64,000 bases of DNA from Candidatus Latescibacterota bacterium. GTDB taxonomy: Bacteria > Latescibacterota > UBA2968 > UBA8231. Made by a program: the position numbers and the translations under genes. A model generated the notes under the pieces. That model saw nothing but the letters and a program-made list of their open reading frames with translations, did no database searches and was not told the DNA's origin. Location of the stretch: assembly GCA_965206595.1 (NCBI GenBank), contig OZ242214.1, positions 1,056,001-1,120,000 of the forward strand, in the 5' to 3' direction. Below are positions 1 to 8,957 of the stretch, piece after piece; the first letter of the stretch is position 1, and each line of letters starts with the position of its first letter.

Positions 1-2071
1 GCTGCCGCCGGAGCGGGTACGGGCGCAGCTTGCGGCCCAACGGGGCGGCGCGGATGTGATTTTCGACGCGGACGGGCGGCGGACGGGTGGGGCGCGGATG
101 ACGGCGGTGGTGACGCTCAAGCCTGGGCAGGTGGGGCGGCACTATCGGATGCCTACGGGTGCGGACTACACGGCGGTGCGAAGGGCTCAGGAGCGGGTAG
201 CGCGGATTCTGGAGGAATGGGAGAGGGGCGGGAAACAGGGGCTTTGCCCGGTGCCGGATGAGCCGTTGCCGCCGATTGGTACATTGGGCTTCCGTGTACA
301 ACGCTACGGGATGCTCCAATGGGGCAACTTGTTTACGGCGCGGCAGAAAGTGGCTTTTACCATTCTGAGCGAGGCTATTTCGTTAATAGCGATAGATAAA
401 TCGTTCAAAGGGCTTCTGGCAATGCTCTGCACGAAACTGGCTGACCGGTGCAACAGCCTTGTGAATTGGAGCCTCGGCGTCGAATGCCCTAATCAACTCT
501 TTAAGGGCAATGCGATTCCAATAGGTTGGGACTTCGGAGAAAGCAATATCCTAAGCGACTCATCTGCTTCAATTGAACAGACACTAGAAAATATAACTCG
601 TAACGTGAAAGCCACAGTGATTGAAGGCGCTCAAGTCGGAGCAATCCAACCGGCCGACGCCACCGACCACCCCTTACCTGATCAAACTGCTATGATCTGG
701 TTCACCGACCCACCCTACTACGACGCAGTTCCCTACGCCGATCTTTCCGATTTCTTTCTTGTATGGTTCAAGCGTGGGCTGCCAGATCACCCGCTGTTAC
801 GCGATCCTTTCGACTCGGACAATCCACTCTCGCCGAAGACTGCTGAGGCGGTGCAAGACGAGACTAAACAGGATGAAGGTAAACCCAAGGACCGCGATTG
901 GTTTGAGGAGACTATGGCGAAAGCCTTCGCCGAGGGCCGTCGTGTGCTCAACGAAGACGGCATCGGCTCGGTCGTCTTCGCTCACAAAACTACTGAGGGC
1001 TGGGAAGCGCTGCTCTCCGGCATGATTCGCGGAGGTTGGACGATCACCGGCTCTTGGCCAATCGCCACCGAGAGGGTGTCGCGTCTCCGCGCCCGCGATT
1101 CCGCCGCCCTTGCCACCAGCGTCCACCTCATCTGCCGCCCGCGTCCCGAGGACGCCCCTATCGGCGACTGGGCCGATGTCCTGCGCGAACTGCCGATCCG
1201 CGTCGCTGACTGGATCGAGCGCTTGCAGACCGAAGGCATCCGCGGTGCCGATCTGGTCTTCGCCTGCATCGGCCCGGCGCTCGAAATCTTCAGCCGCTAC
1301 CGCGCCGTCGAAACCGCCGAGGGCGATATAATCGGCCTGCCCGATTACCTGGAGAAAGTCTGGGAAGTAGTCGGCCGCGCCGCGCTGCAACGGGTACTCG
1401 GCACTGCAGAGGCGCAAGCCCGCAACGGCCTGTCCGGCGCGCTGGAAGAAGACGCCCGCCTGACCGCGCTCTTCCTGTGGACGCTCCAGAGCACGGCCCC
1501 TGTTGCAGAGAATCAGGAACAAGACGACGAGGCCGACGAAGAAGCCGTCGCCAAGGTAGCAGCCACGGGATTTGCGCTCCCCTTCGACGTAGTGCGCCGC
1601 TTCGCCCAGCCCATGGGCATTGACCTCGACACCTGGACCGACCGCATCATCGGCCAGGAAAAGGGGGTCGTGCGCCTGCTGCCGGTTTCCGAGCGGGCAA
1701 GGAAGCTTTTTGGTGAAGAAGGGGCTGCGTCCGGCGCCGATAGGCTGGAGGAGTCCGCTGGTCGCAGGGAGCCGCTACAGCAGGAGCTATTCTCCGACCG
1801 GGCGGAAGACGCGGCTCTTTTGGTGAGGGAGAGGAGGCCCGAATACGGAGCCGGGGAGGAAGGGTCCGGCGACACCACCCTCGACCGCATTCACCAGGCC
1901 ATGCTGCTCCAGTCCAGCGGCCACGCAAACGCCCTGCGGTCGCTGATCGGCGCCGAGCAGGAGCGCGGCCCCGGCTTCCTGCGGCTCGCCAACGCGCTAT
2001 CCGCCCTGTACCCGCGCGGCTGCGAAGAGAAGCGGCTTCTCGACGCCATGCTGCTGGCGGTGCCGCGGTAA
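1..2071 (+). CDS. DUF1156-type adenine-specific DNA methyltransferase, 5'-partial
   Basis: Frame is open from base 2, upstream of the GTG at 56, so the gene starts left of the window. Amino-MTase motif IV FTDPPYYD, followed by YADLSDFF, FAHKTTEGW and SWPIATE blocks typical of DUF1156 methylases; co-located with a DUF499-type ATPase. Confidence 0.85.
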   Translation, partial: LPPERVRAQLAAQRGGADVIFDADGRRTGGARMTAVVTLKPGQVGRHYRMPTGADYTAVRRAQERVARILEEWERGGKQGLCPVPDEPLPPIGTLGFRVQRYGMLQWGNLFTARQKVAFTILSEAISLIAIDKSFKGLLAMLCTKLADRCNSLVNWSLGVECPNQLFKGNAIPIGWDFGESNILSDSSASIEQTLENITRNVKATVIEGAQVGAIQPADATDHPLPDQTAMIWFTDPPYYDAVPYADLSDFFLVWFKRGLPDHPLLRDPFDSDNPLSPKTAEAVQDETKQDEGKPKDRDWFEETMAKAFAEGRRVLNEDGIGSVVFAHKTTEGWEALLSGMIRGGWTITGSWPIATERVSRLRARDSAALATSVHLICRPRPEDAPIGDWADVLRELPIRVADWIERLQTEGIRGADLVFACIGPALEIFSRYRAVETAEGDIIGLPDYLEKVWEVVGRAALQRVLGTAEAQARNGLSGALEEDARLTALFLWTLQSTAPVAENQEQDDEADEEAVAKVAATGFALPFDVVRRFAQPMGIDLDTWTDRIIGQEKGVVRLLPVSERARKLFGEEGAASGADRLEESAGRREPLQQELFSDRAEDAALLVRERRPEYGAGEEGSGDTTLDRIHQAMLLQSSGHANALRSLIGAEQERGPGFLRLANALSALYPRGCEEKRLLDAMLLAVPR

Positions 2072-2079
2072 CCATTTCC

Positions 2080-3303
2080 ATGGCCGAACCCGTCCTCAGC
2101 CGGCTGGTAATGCAGCGTTTCCGCAGCCTTCCTTCGGAGCAGGTGGAATTCGACAATCCGACCTTTCTCGTCGGTCAGAACGGCTCGGGCAAGAGCAATT
2201 TCGCCGATGCCTTCGCCTTTCTCGCGGAGGCAATGGCCTCCCCACTGCAGGCCGTTCTCGAACATCGCGGGGGATTTTCCACGGTTGGCTATCGAAGCTC
2301 CGCCAGGGGCCGTCCGTCGAACCTGGGTCTTACGGTGGTGTTGAAAAACCCGGACAGGGATATCACCCAGGCTCGGTACGGATTTGAACTGCGCGCCTTG
2401 AGGGGCTACGGCTTCGAGGTCGTGCGCGAGCAATGTGCCGTATGGAGGGCTGACGGAAGGGGGGATTGGTTCGACCGCTCCACGTCCCCGAAAAATGACA
2501 GAACCAGTTGGGCAAGTACCACCGATTCCCTGGAGCCGGTCATGGAACCGAATGCCCTGGCCCTGCCTCTGGTCGGGGGGGACTCGCGCTTTCAGGCGGT
2601 TTCGCGATTCCTGTCCGAAATGTGTGTATACAGGATCGAGCCGGTAGTTCTCAGGGAGATGCAGGATCCGGACGGTGGTGTGCGCCTGCGTTCGGACGGC
2701 AGCAATGCCGCGAGCGTAATGCGCGAGATCCAACGAGGATCTCCCGACGCTTGGAAGCGAATCCTGGAGCTTCTTGAAACCATTGTCCCCGGGACCGTCG
2801 GCCTCCAGACCAAGAAACTAGGCAACATGCTGACGCTGGAGTTCGCCCAGGACTGGGGGAAGTCGGAGCCGGTGAAGTTCGAAGCGTACAACATGTCCGA
2901 CGGCACGCTGCGTGTGGTGGGGCTGCTCGCCGCCGTCTTTCAACATCCGGCCCCTTCGCTCCTCGTAATCGAGGAACCGGAGGCCACGATACATCCGGGG
3001 GCCCTCGGCTCGGTCCTCGACCTGTTGCGACACGCGGGCCGGTCCATGCAGGTCGTGGTGACGACGCACAGCCCCGACATCCTCGATGCGGAGTGGATCG
3101 AGGATCGCCACCTCCGGATTGCCGACTGGGACCAGGGAGGGACCCGTATCTGTCAAGTTTCACCGGCAACGCGTGCCGCCCTTGGCGAGCATCTGATGGG
3201 CGCGGGAGAACTGCTCCGCTCGAACGCTTTGACGCCCGAAGAGCTGTTCAGTCAGGATCCGAACAAGAACGAGTTGTTCGTGGAGGACCTCCCGTGGTGG
3301 TGA
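2080..3303 (+). CDS. ABC-type (AAA_21/SMC-like) ATPase
   Basis: Walker A GQNGSGKSN, signature-like MSDGT, Walker B/D-loop LLVIEEPEATIHP, H-loop VVVTTHSP; no TM segments. Confidence 0.9.
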   Translation: MAEPVLSRLVMQRFRSLPSEQVEFDNPTFLVGQNGSGKSNFADAFAFLAEAMASPLQAVLEHRGGFSTVGYRSSARGRPSNLGLTVVLKNPDRDITQARYGFELRALRGYGFEVVREQCAVWRADGRGDWFDRSTSPKNDRTSWASTTDSLEPVMEPNALALPLVGGDSRFQAVSRFLSEMCVYRIEPVVLREMQDPDGGVRLRSDGSNAASVMREIQRGSPDAWKRILELLETIVPGTVGLQTKKLGNMLTLEFAQDWGKSEPVKFEAYNMSDGTLRVVGLLAAVFQHPAPSLLVIEEPEATIHPGALGSVLDLLRHAGRSMQVVVTTHSPDILDAEWIEDRHLRIADWDQGGTRICQVSPATRAALGEHLMGAGELLRSNALTPEELFSQDPNKNELFVEDLPWW

Positions 3304-3923
3304 TTCAGCCGATCGTCGAAGGCCACGGGGACGTTGCCGCGTTCCCGGTACTGCTGCGTCGTTTGGTCGAAGAAGCTCAAGCCTGGGAGGTCGGCATCGG
3401 ACGGCCGATCCGAAGACGACGTAATCAGCTTGTGGAAAAGGCCGAGGTCGAGCTGGCTGTTCGGCTCGCCCTGCTGCAACCGGACTGTGGCGGCAGTCTC
3501 ATTCTGTTCGACGGCAACTCCGATTGCCCGGCGGAGTTGGGACCAACCATACAGGCCTGGGCTACAGCAGCGGCTGGCCGCGTGCCCTGTGGAATCGTCA
3601 TCGCACATCGGGAGTACGAGGCCTGGTTTCTGGCCGCGATTGAATCGTTGCGAGGATATCGCGGGATCAGGGGCGACGCCGAGCCTCATCCGGCCCCGGA
3701 AGGACCTCGTGACGCCAAAGCGCAACTGGAAACCCGGATGACCATTGGCACGAGCTACCTTGAGCGCACCGACCAACCGGCGTTCAGCGCGACGTTTTCG
3801 TTGGCCGATGCCTACCGCGGTTGCAGATCTTTTCGAAAGCTCTCCGATTCATTCGGATTCCTGGTCCGTTCCATGGGGAAGGAAATAGGTGCGTGGCCTC
3901 CCCCCGCCTGGACCGGGACTTGA
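3294..3923 (+). CDS. DUF4276/RloB-like TOPRIM-fold protein, putative nuclease partner of the ABC ATPase
   Basis: IVEGHGD (TOPRIM Glu motif), LFDGNSDCP (DxD-like), REYEAWFLA and CRSFRKL motifs. GGAGG at 3282-3286 with in-frame GTGs at 3294/3297/3300 overlapping the upstream stop. The ORF-track start at 3093 is too early. Confidence 0.75.
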   Translation: MVVIQPIVEGHGDVAAFPVLLRRLVEEAQAWEVGIGRPIRRRRNQLVEKAEVELAVRLALLQPDCGGSLILFDGNSDCPAELGPTIQAWATAAAGRVPCGIVIAHREYEAWFLAAIESLRGYRGIRGDAEPHPAPEGPRDAKAQLETRMTIGTSYLERTDQPAFSATFSLADAYRGCRSFRKLSDSFGFLVRSMGKEIGAWPPPAWTGT

Positions 3924-3986
3924 GCTGGAGTAATGAGATGGCTCCCCGGATGAAATCGAGAAACGAGAAAAGAGACAGGAGCTGAA

Positions 3987-6761
3987 ATGGCCCTCGATCC
4001 CTGGTACAAGGTTGTGACCCTTCGCAAGGAAGTGCGCGAGGGCCGCTCGTTCAGCCCGGACGAGTTCGCCATCGCCCTCGAACAGGTGCTCTCCAGAACC
4101 GCGCCCGAAGACTACAGCGACCCGGCCCAGTTCTTTTCGCGCACCTGTTTCACGCGGGCGTTGAAGGAGCACGCCGGCATGGTGCTCCGGCGCCTCGCCG
4201 GCGAGTCCGGGAACACGGCACCGGTCCTGACGCTGATCACCCAGTTCGGCGGCGGCAAGACGCATACCCTTACCGCGCTCTACCACCTGGCACAGGCCGG
4301 CGCAGACGCCTCCAAATACTCCGGGGTGGCCGATCTCCTGAAGGAGGCCGGGATGGCGGAAGCCCCCGCCGCCAGGGTCGGGGTATTCGTGGGCAATGCC
4401 TGGGACCCGTCCGAGGGCCGGGAAACCCCCTGGATCGATCTGGCCCGGCAGCTGGCAGGCGACGACGGCGTCGCCGCCCTGGGATCCGCGGCGCGGACCA
4501 CCCCCCCGGGAACCGAGGCGTTGGCCAAGGTGTGCGCTGCGGCGCAGGCCCCGGTGCTGCTGCTCTTCGACGAGGTGCTCAACTTCGTCAACCGCCACCG
4601 AGTCATGGCCGAGAGCTTCCACGCTTTTCTGCAGAACCTGACCGTCGCCGTCACCGGTACCACCCGGGCCGCCGCGGTCATCAGCCTTCCTCGCAGTCAG
4701 GTCGAAATGACCGACTGGGACCAGCAGTGGCAGGAACGGATAACCAAGGTGGTCCGACGCGTCGCCCGCGATCTGATCGCCAACGACGAGTCCGAGATCA
4801 GCGAGGTGGTCCGCCGCCGGCTCTTCGAGGATCTCGGCAACCCGCGCGTTCGCAGGAAGGTCGGCAAGGCCTACGCGGACTGGTGCTTTGAGCGTACGCC
4901 ACAACTCCCGGCCGAATGGCTCGCCGTCGACACCGCGGCGACGGAGGCCAAGGCAAGGGAATTCCTCAGGGGCCGGTTCGAGGCCAGCTATCCCTTGCAT
5001 CCGGCGACCCTGTCGGTTTTCCAACGCAAGTGGCGCGCCCTTCCCCAGTTTCAGCAGACCCGTGGAGCACTGGCCATGCTGGCGCAATGGATCTCATGGG
5101 CCGCCCGCGAGCAATTCGGAAAGGCGCGAACCGAGCCGCTGATCACCCTGGGATCGGCTCCCCTGGACGTGGCTGAATTCCGGGCGGTGGTCCTTGGACA
5201 GCTGGGCGAGACGCGGCTCGACGTGGCCGTAGAAGCCGATCTTGCAGGACCGATGGCGCATGCGAAGGCTCTGGATGCGGACGCGACCGGGGCTCTTCGC
5301 GACATCCATCGCCGGGTGGGCACGACCATTCTGTTCGAGTCCTCCGGGGGTCAGGTGGACAAGGAGGCTCATCTGCCGGAATTGCGCTTTGCCCTCGGCG
5401 AGCCCGAGGTCGACACAACCACCATCGACAACGCCGCCACAGCCCTGGAGAAATCGGGGTTCTTCATTCGCAGGGTCGGGACAGACGGCTATCGCATCCA
5501 TCATCAGGCGACGTTGAAGAAGGTCGTCAGCGATCGGCGGGCTTCCCTCGATGAAGAGACGGAGATCAAGCCTAGCATCCGCAAGCTCGTTGAAGGGGAG
5601 TTCAAACGCGGGGCAACCATTCCCGTGGTCTTCTTCCCGGAGGACAGCGCCGCGGTCCAGGATTCTCCACGCCTTGCGGTTATCGTCCTCGACCCCGAGG
5701 CGGAGTGGAGGGATGGCGACCAAGTGGTCGAGAGCATTGGCGATTGGACGAAGGAACGGGGCAAGTCTCCACGCCTCTACCCGGGCTCGCTGGTCTGGTG
5801 CGCCAGAAAACCCGGGCGGGAGCTCCGCGAGAAGGCCGAGCTGTGGCTCGCTTGGCAGCGGGTTGAACGGGAAGTGGCCGAAGGAGTCCTCGGCACCGAA
5901 TACGACCGCGCCGATCGCTCGGAGGTCCATGCCCGGGTTCGGGATTCCGAGGAAGCGGCCAGGGAGGAGGTATGGGCCGGATACCGCTTCGTAGCCCTCG
6001 CCGATTCCCAGGAGAGACACGGGCTCAAGGTCGTCGATCTGGGGGCAGGCCATGCCAGCGCTGGCCAGACGCTCTGCGGGCGGATCATCGGCGCGTTGAA
6101 GGCCGAGGCCCTGCTCAACGAGAATGTGGGTGCCGGTTATATCGACCGAAACTGGCCGCCGGCTTTCAAAGAGACCGGGGCTTGGCCCCTCACAAGTTTG
6201 CGCCAGAGCTTTCTCGACAGCTCGTTGACGAGGTTGGTCGACCCGGACGCGACCCTTCGGCGGCAGATCGTCGAGTTCGTGTCGAAGGGGGATTTCGGTC
6301 TGGCTTCAGGTACCAAGAACGGCGGTTTCGAACGGCTGTGGTACGCCGAGCAGGTAGGCCCGGAAGAAGCGGCGTTTGAACCAAGTGTTTTTCTGCTTAC
6401 CAGGGACAAAGCCAGGCAACTCAAAACGTCCCCCGGAGACCCGCCGCCGCCACAGCCGGGGCCGGCCCCAGGCCCGGGTCCGGAACCGCCTCCGGAACAG
6501 TCTCAAACGGAAACTGGTCCCGCGCCGGGTCCGGTCACTCGAAAAACGTCGCTCAGGCTGTCCGGGACCGTACCCTCGGAAGTCTGGAATCTCCTGGGGC
6601 GCAGACTCCTGCCCAAGCTGCGGTCCGGGGACGACCTCAGCGTAGGTATTGATTTTTCGGTCAGCGTCGGCTCGCAGTTTGCCCAGAACATGGAGACGGA
6701 GCTGCGGCAGATTCTCGATGATCTCGAGCTGGGCGACCGGGTCCGGGTCGAACGGTCGTAG
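3987..6761 (+). CDS. DUF499-type AAA+ ATPase
   Basis: N-terminal PWYKVVTLR, Walker A TQFGGGKTH, Walker B LLLFDE, YPLHP and FQQTRGAL blocks; Pro-rich linker before a small C-terminal domain; AGGAG RBS upstream. Confidence 0.9.
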   Translation: MALDPWYKVVTLRKEVREGRSFSPDEFAIALEQVLSRTAPEDYSDPAQFFSRTCFTRALKEHAGMVLRRLAGESGNTAPVLTLITQFGGGKTHTLTALYHLAQAGADASKYSGVADLLKEAGMAEAPAARVGVFVGNAWDPSEGRETPWIDLARQLAGDDGVAALGSAARTTPPGTEALAKVCAAAQAPVLLLFDEVLNFVNRHRVMAESFHAFLQNLTVAVTGTTRAAAVISLPRSQVEMTDWDQQWQERITKVVRRVARDLIANDESEISEVVRRRLFEDLGNPRVRRKVGKAYADWCFERTPQLPAEWLAVDTAATEAKAREFLRGRFEASYPLHPATLSVFQRKWRALPQFQQTRGALAMLAQWISWAAREQFGKARTEPLITLGSAPLDVAEFRAVVLGQLGETRLDVAVEADLAGPMAHAKALDADATGALRDIHRRVGTTILFESSGGQVDKEAHLPELRFALGEPEVDTTTIDNAATALEKSGFFIRRVGTDGYRIHHQATLKKVVSDRRASLDEETEIKPSIRKLVEGEFKRGATIPVVFFPEDSAAVQDSPRLAVIVLDPEAEWRDGDQVVESIGDWTKERGKSPRLYPGSLVWCARKPGRELREKAELWLAWQRVEREVAEGVLGTEYDRADRSEVHARVRDSEEAAREEVWAGYRFVALADSQERHGLKVVDLGAGHASAGQTLCGRIIGALKAEALLNENVGAGYIDRNWPPAFKETGAWPLTSLRQSFLDSSLTRLVDPDATLRRQIVEFVSKGDFGLASGTKNGGFERLWYAEQVGPEEAAFEPSVFLLTRDKARQLKTSPGDPPPPQPGPAPGPGPEPPPEQSQTETGPAPGPVTRKTSLRLSGTVPSEVWNLLGRRLLPKLRSGDDLSVGIDFSVSVGSQFAQNMETELRQILDDLELGDRVRVERS

Positions 6762-6845
6762 TGGTGTCGAGGCAATGCCTGCCTGGGCCAGTCTCGTGGA
6801 GCTGCCGGCGGAGAATCCGCAGGTCCCGAGCTACTACATATAGCC

Positions 6846-7748
6846 TTACCCGCGGTTCCCGCCGGCCCGCTTTCGCAGCTCTCCAAGGCGCCGCGAAAGC
6901 TTCTCCATCTCCTCCTCTATCAGGCGGATCTCGTCGCCGACGCTGATCTCGCCGTCGCGCTCGAGGTGCCGGCGCCGTTCCTCCGCCTCCTTTTCCGCCT
7001 CGGCCTCCGACATCGAGTTGATGATCACGCCGATGAACAGGTTGAGCATGATCATCGTTCCCAGCAGCACGAAGGAGACGAAGAAGGCCGCCCCGAGAAG
7101 CGGCCGGCCGCGCGAGGCTTCGCGCAGGTGGGCCTGGGCGAAGTCGCCGTAGTTCGGGTAGGCGTCGCTGCCGTACATCTGGATGTACATCACGTCGGTC
7201 CAGTCCTCGAGGGTCACCACCCGGAAGAGGGTGAGCAGGGCCGTCGACAGGTCCTGGAAGTGGACGGGGTCGTTGCCGCGGAACAGGAAAATTCCCATCA
7301 CCGCGTAGACGTAGAACAGCACCGCGAGCAGCAGGCCGACATAGCCCAGGGAGGGGATCGACTTGAGAAGCGAGCCGACCAGGAGCTGCAGCTTCGGCAC
7401 CGCGGTCACCAGCCGCAGGGCGCGCAGCACCCGCGCCAGCCGCAGCACCGCGGCGTACGGTCCCCCGACCGGCAGGAAGCAGACGACGACGATCAGGAAG
7501 TCGAAGACGTTCCAGGGGTCGGCGAAGTAGCGGTACCAGCGGCTCCCGTGGCGGGCGATCTTGAGCGCCGCCTCGACGGCGAAGATCCCCAGGACCAGTG
7601 CGTTGAGCCGGTGCAACAGGTCTCCGTGGGCCTCGACCAGGTCCCGCGAGGTTTCCAGCCCGACCAGCAGGGCGGCGAGCACGATTACCGCGAGGACTCC
7701 GTGCTGGAACCTGTCGGAGTCTACCAGTCTACCCAGCCGATCCGTCAC
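6846..7748 (-). CDS. Bacterial voltage-gated cation channel (BacNav/NaChBac family)
   Basis: Six TM segments, DPWNVFDF (S3), S4 LRLARVLRALRL, pore filter TLEDWTD, S6 MLNLFIGVIINSM, C-terminal coiled coil. Confidence 0.92.
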   Translation of the reverse strand: MTDRLGRLVDSDRFQHGVLAVIVLAALLVGLETSRDLVEAHGDLLHRLNALVLGIFAVEAALKIARHGSRWYRYFADPWNVFDFLIVVVCFLPVGGPYAAVLRLARVLRALRLVTAVPKLQLLVGSLLKSIPSLGYVGLLLAVLFYVYAVMGIFLFRGNDPVHFQDLSTALLTLFRVVTLEDWTDVMYIQMYGSDAYPNYGDFAQAHLREASRGRPLLGAAFFVSFVLLGTMIMLNLFIGVIINSMSEAEAEKEAEERRRHLERDGEISVGDEIRLIEEEMEKLSRRLGELRKRAGGNRG

Positions 7749-7828
7749 CTGTCTCCAATCTTTTTTGCGCCATCAGGAAAAGCGACCGGCCCCATGTGGC
7801 CGAAGCGAGGGGCCACAGCCCTGCCCGA

Positions 7829-8875
7829 CTACAGCTGCTCCGCCAGCTCGCGCAGCAGCCGTTCGTTTTCCGCGTCGGTGCCGACCGATATCCTCAGGCA
7901 GTCGCGCAGGCGCGGCTCGCTGAACCAGCGCACCAGGATGCGGCGCTCCTTGAGGCCCAGGTACAGCTCCTCGGCCGGGGGGGACTCGATGCGCGCGAGC
8001 ACGAAGTTGGCCTCCGAGTCCCATACCCGGAAGCCGAGACCGCGCAGCGCTTCCGTCAGCCGCTGCCGCGTTCTCCTGACGCGCGCGGCGTTGGCCCGCA
8101 TCTCCTCGATGGCGTCGAGAGCCGGGGCCGCGGCGGCCTGGGACAGGGCGTTCATGTTGTAGTGGTCGAGCACCTTGCGGATTCCGGCGATCAGGTCGGG
8201 CGGGCCGAAGCAGAAACCGATGCGCAGGGCGGCCAGCGAGAACGACTTCGACATCGTGCGGGTCACCAGGAGGTTGGGGTAGCGCTCCACCAGGTCGATG
8301 CAGCCGCCGTCGGAGAAATCGACGTACGCCTCGTCGACCAGGAGCACGCCCCGGGTGCGTCTCGCCATCTCCTCGACCGCGCCGGGGGCGACCGCGGTCC
8401 CCGTGGGAGAGTTGGGGTTGGCCAGCAGGGTCAGGCGGGCGTCGGCGGGGGGAAAGCCGGCGGGGATCCCGAAGTCGTCGTCGAGGTCGCAGCGGACCGC
8501 AACGGCGTTCTGCAGGTCGATCAGCTTCTGGTAGTAGGGGTAGGTGGGGAAGGGGATCGCCACCGGCTGTCCGGGGCCGGCGAAGCAGCGCAGGGCGGCG
8601 TTGAGCAGCTCGTCCGAGCCGTTCCCCATGACGATCTGTTCGGCGGGCAGACCGAACCTCTCCGACAGCTTGGCGAGCACGGCGACGGCGTCCGGGTCGG
8701 GATAGCGCTGCAGGTTGCCGTCGCAGGCCGCCCGTAGCGCCGCGATAACCCGGTCCGACGGCGGATAGGGGTTTTCGTTCGTGTTGAGCTTGAGGAACTC
8801 CCCGTCTCCGGGCTGCTCGCCAGGGACGTACCCCTCCATGCTGCGGATGTGCGGAAGGAACGGATCGGGTGGCAC
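7829..8875 (-). CDS. hisC: Histidinol-phosphate aminotransferase
   Basis: YVPGEQP, KLNTNENPYPPS, GNGSDE, NPNSPTG, DEAYVDF, RTMSKSFSLAALRIG (PLP lysine). Start moved to the GTG at 8875. Confidence 0.93.
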   Translation of the reverse strand: MPPDPFLPHIRSMEGYVPGEQPGDGEFLKLNTNENPYPPSDRVIAALRAACDGNLQRYPDPDAVAVLAKLSERFGLPAEQIVMGNGSDELLNAALRCFAGPGQPVAIPFPTYPYYQKLIDLQNAVAVRCDLDDDFGIPAGFPPADARLTLLANPNSPTGTAVAPGAVEEMARRTRGVLLVDEAYVDFSDGGCIDLVERYPNLLVTRTMSKSFSLAALRIGFCFGPPDLIAGIRKVLDHYNMNALSQAAAAPALDAIEEMRANAARVRRTRQRLTEALRGLGFRVWDSEANFVLARIESPPAEELYLGLKERRILVRWFSEPRLRDCLRISVGTDAENERLLRELAEQL

Positions 8876-8957
8876 GGTTCGCGTATCGACTGATGAAGGG
8901 GCGGAAAGGAGCAGGGCCCGGGTGCGGGGAAGTGGCGTCGGCGGTCTGGAGCCGGCC

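Noticed and set aside
6762-6845. Attachment site or mobile-element end at the defence island boundary
   Set aside because: No tRNA fragment, direct repeat, terminal inverted repeat or integrase is visible; the other end is outside the window.
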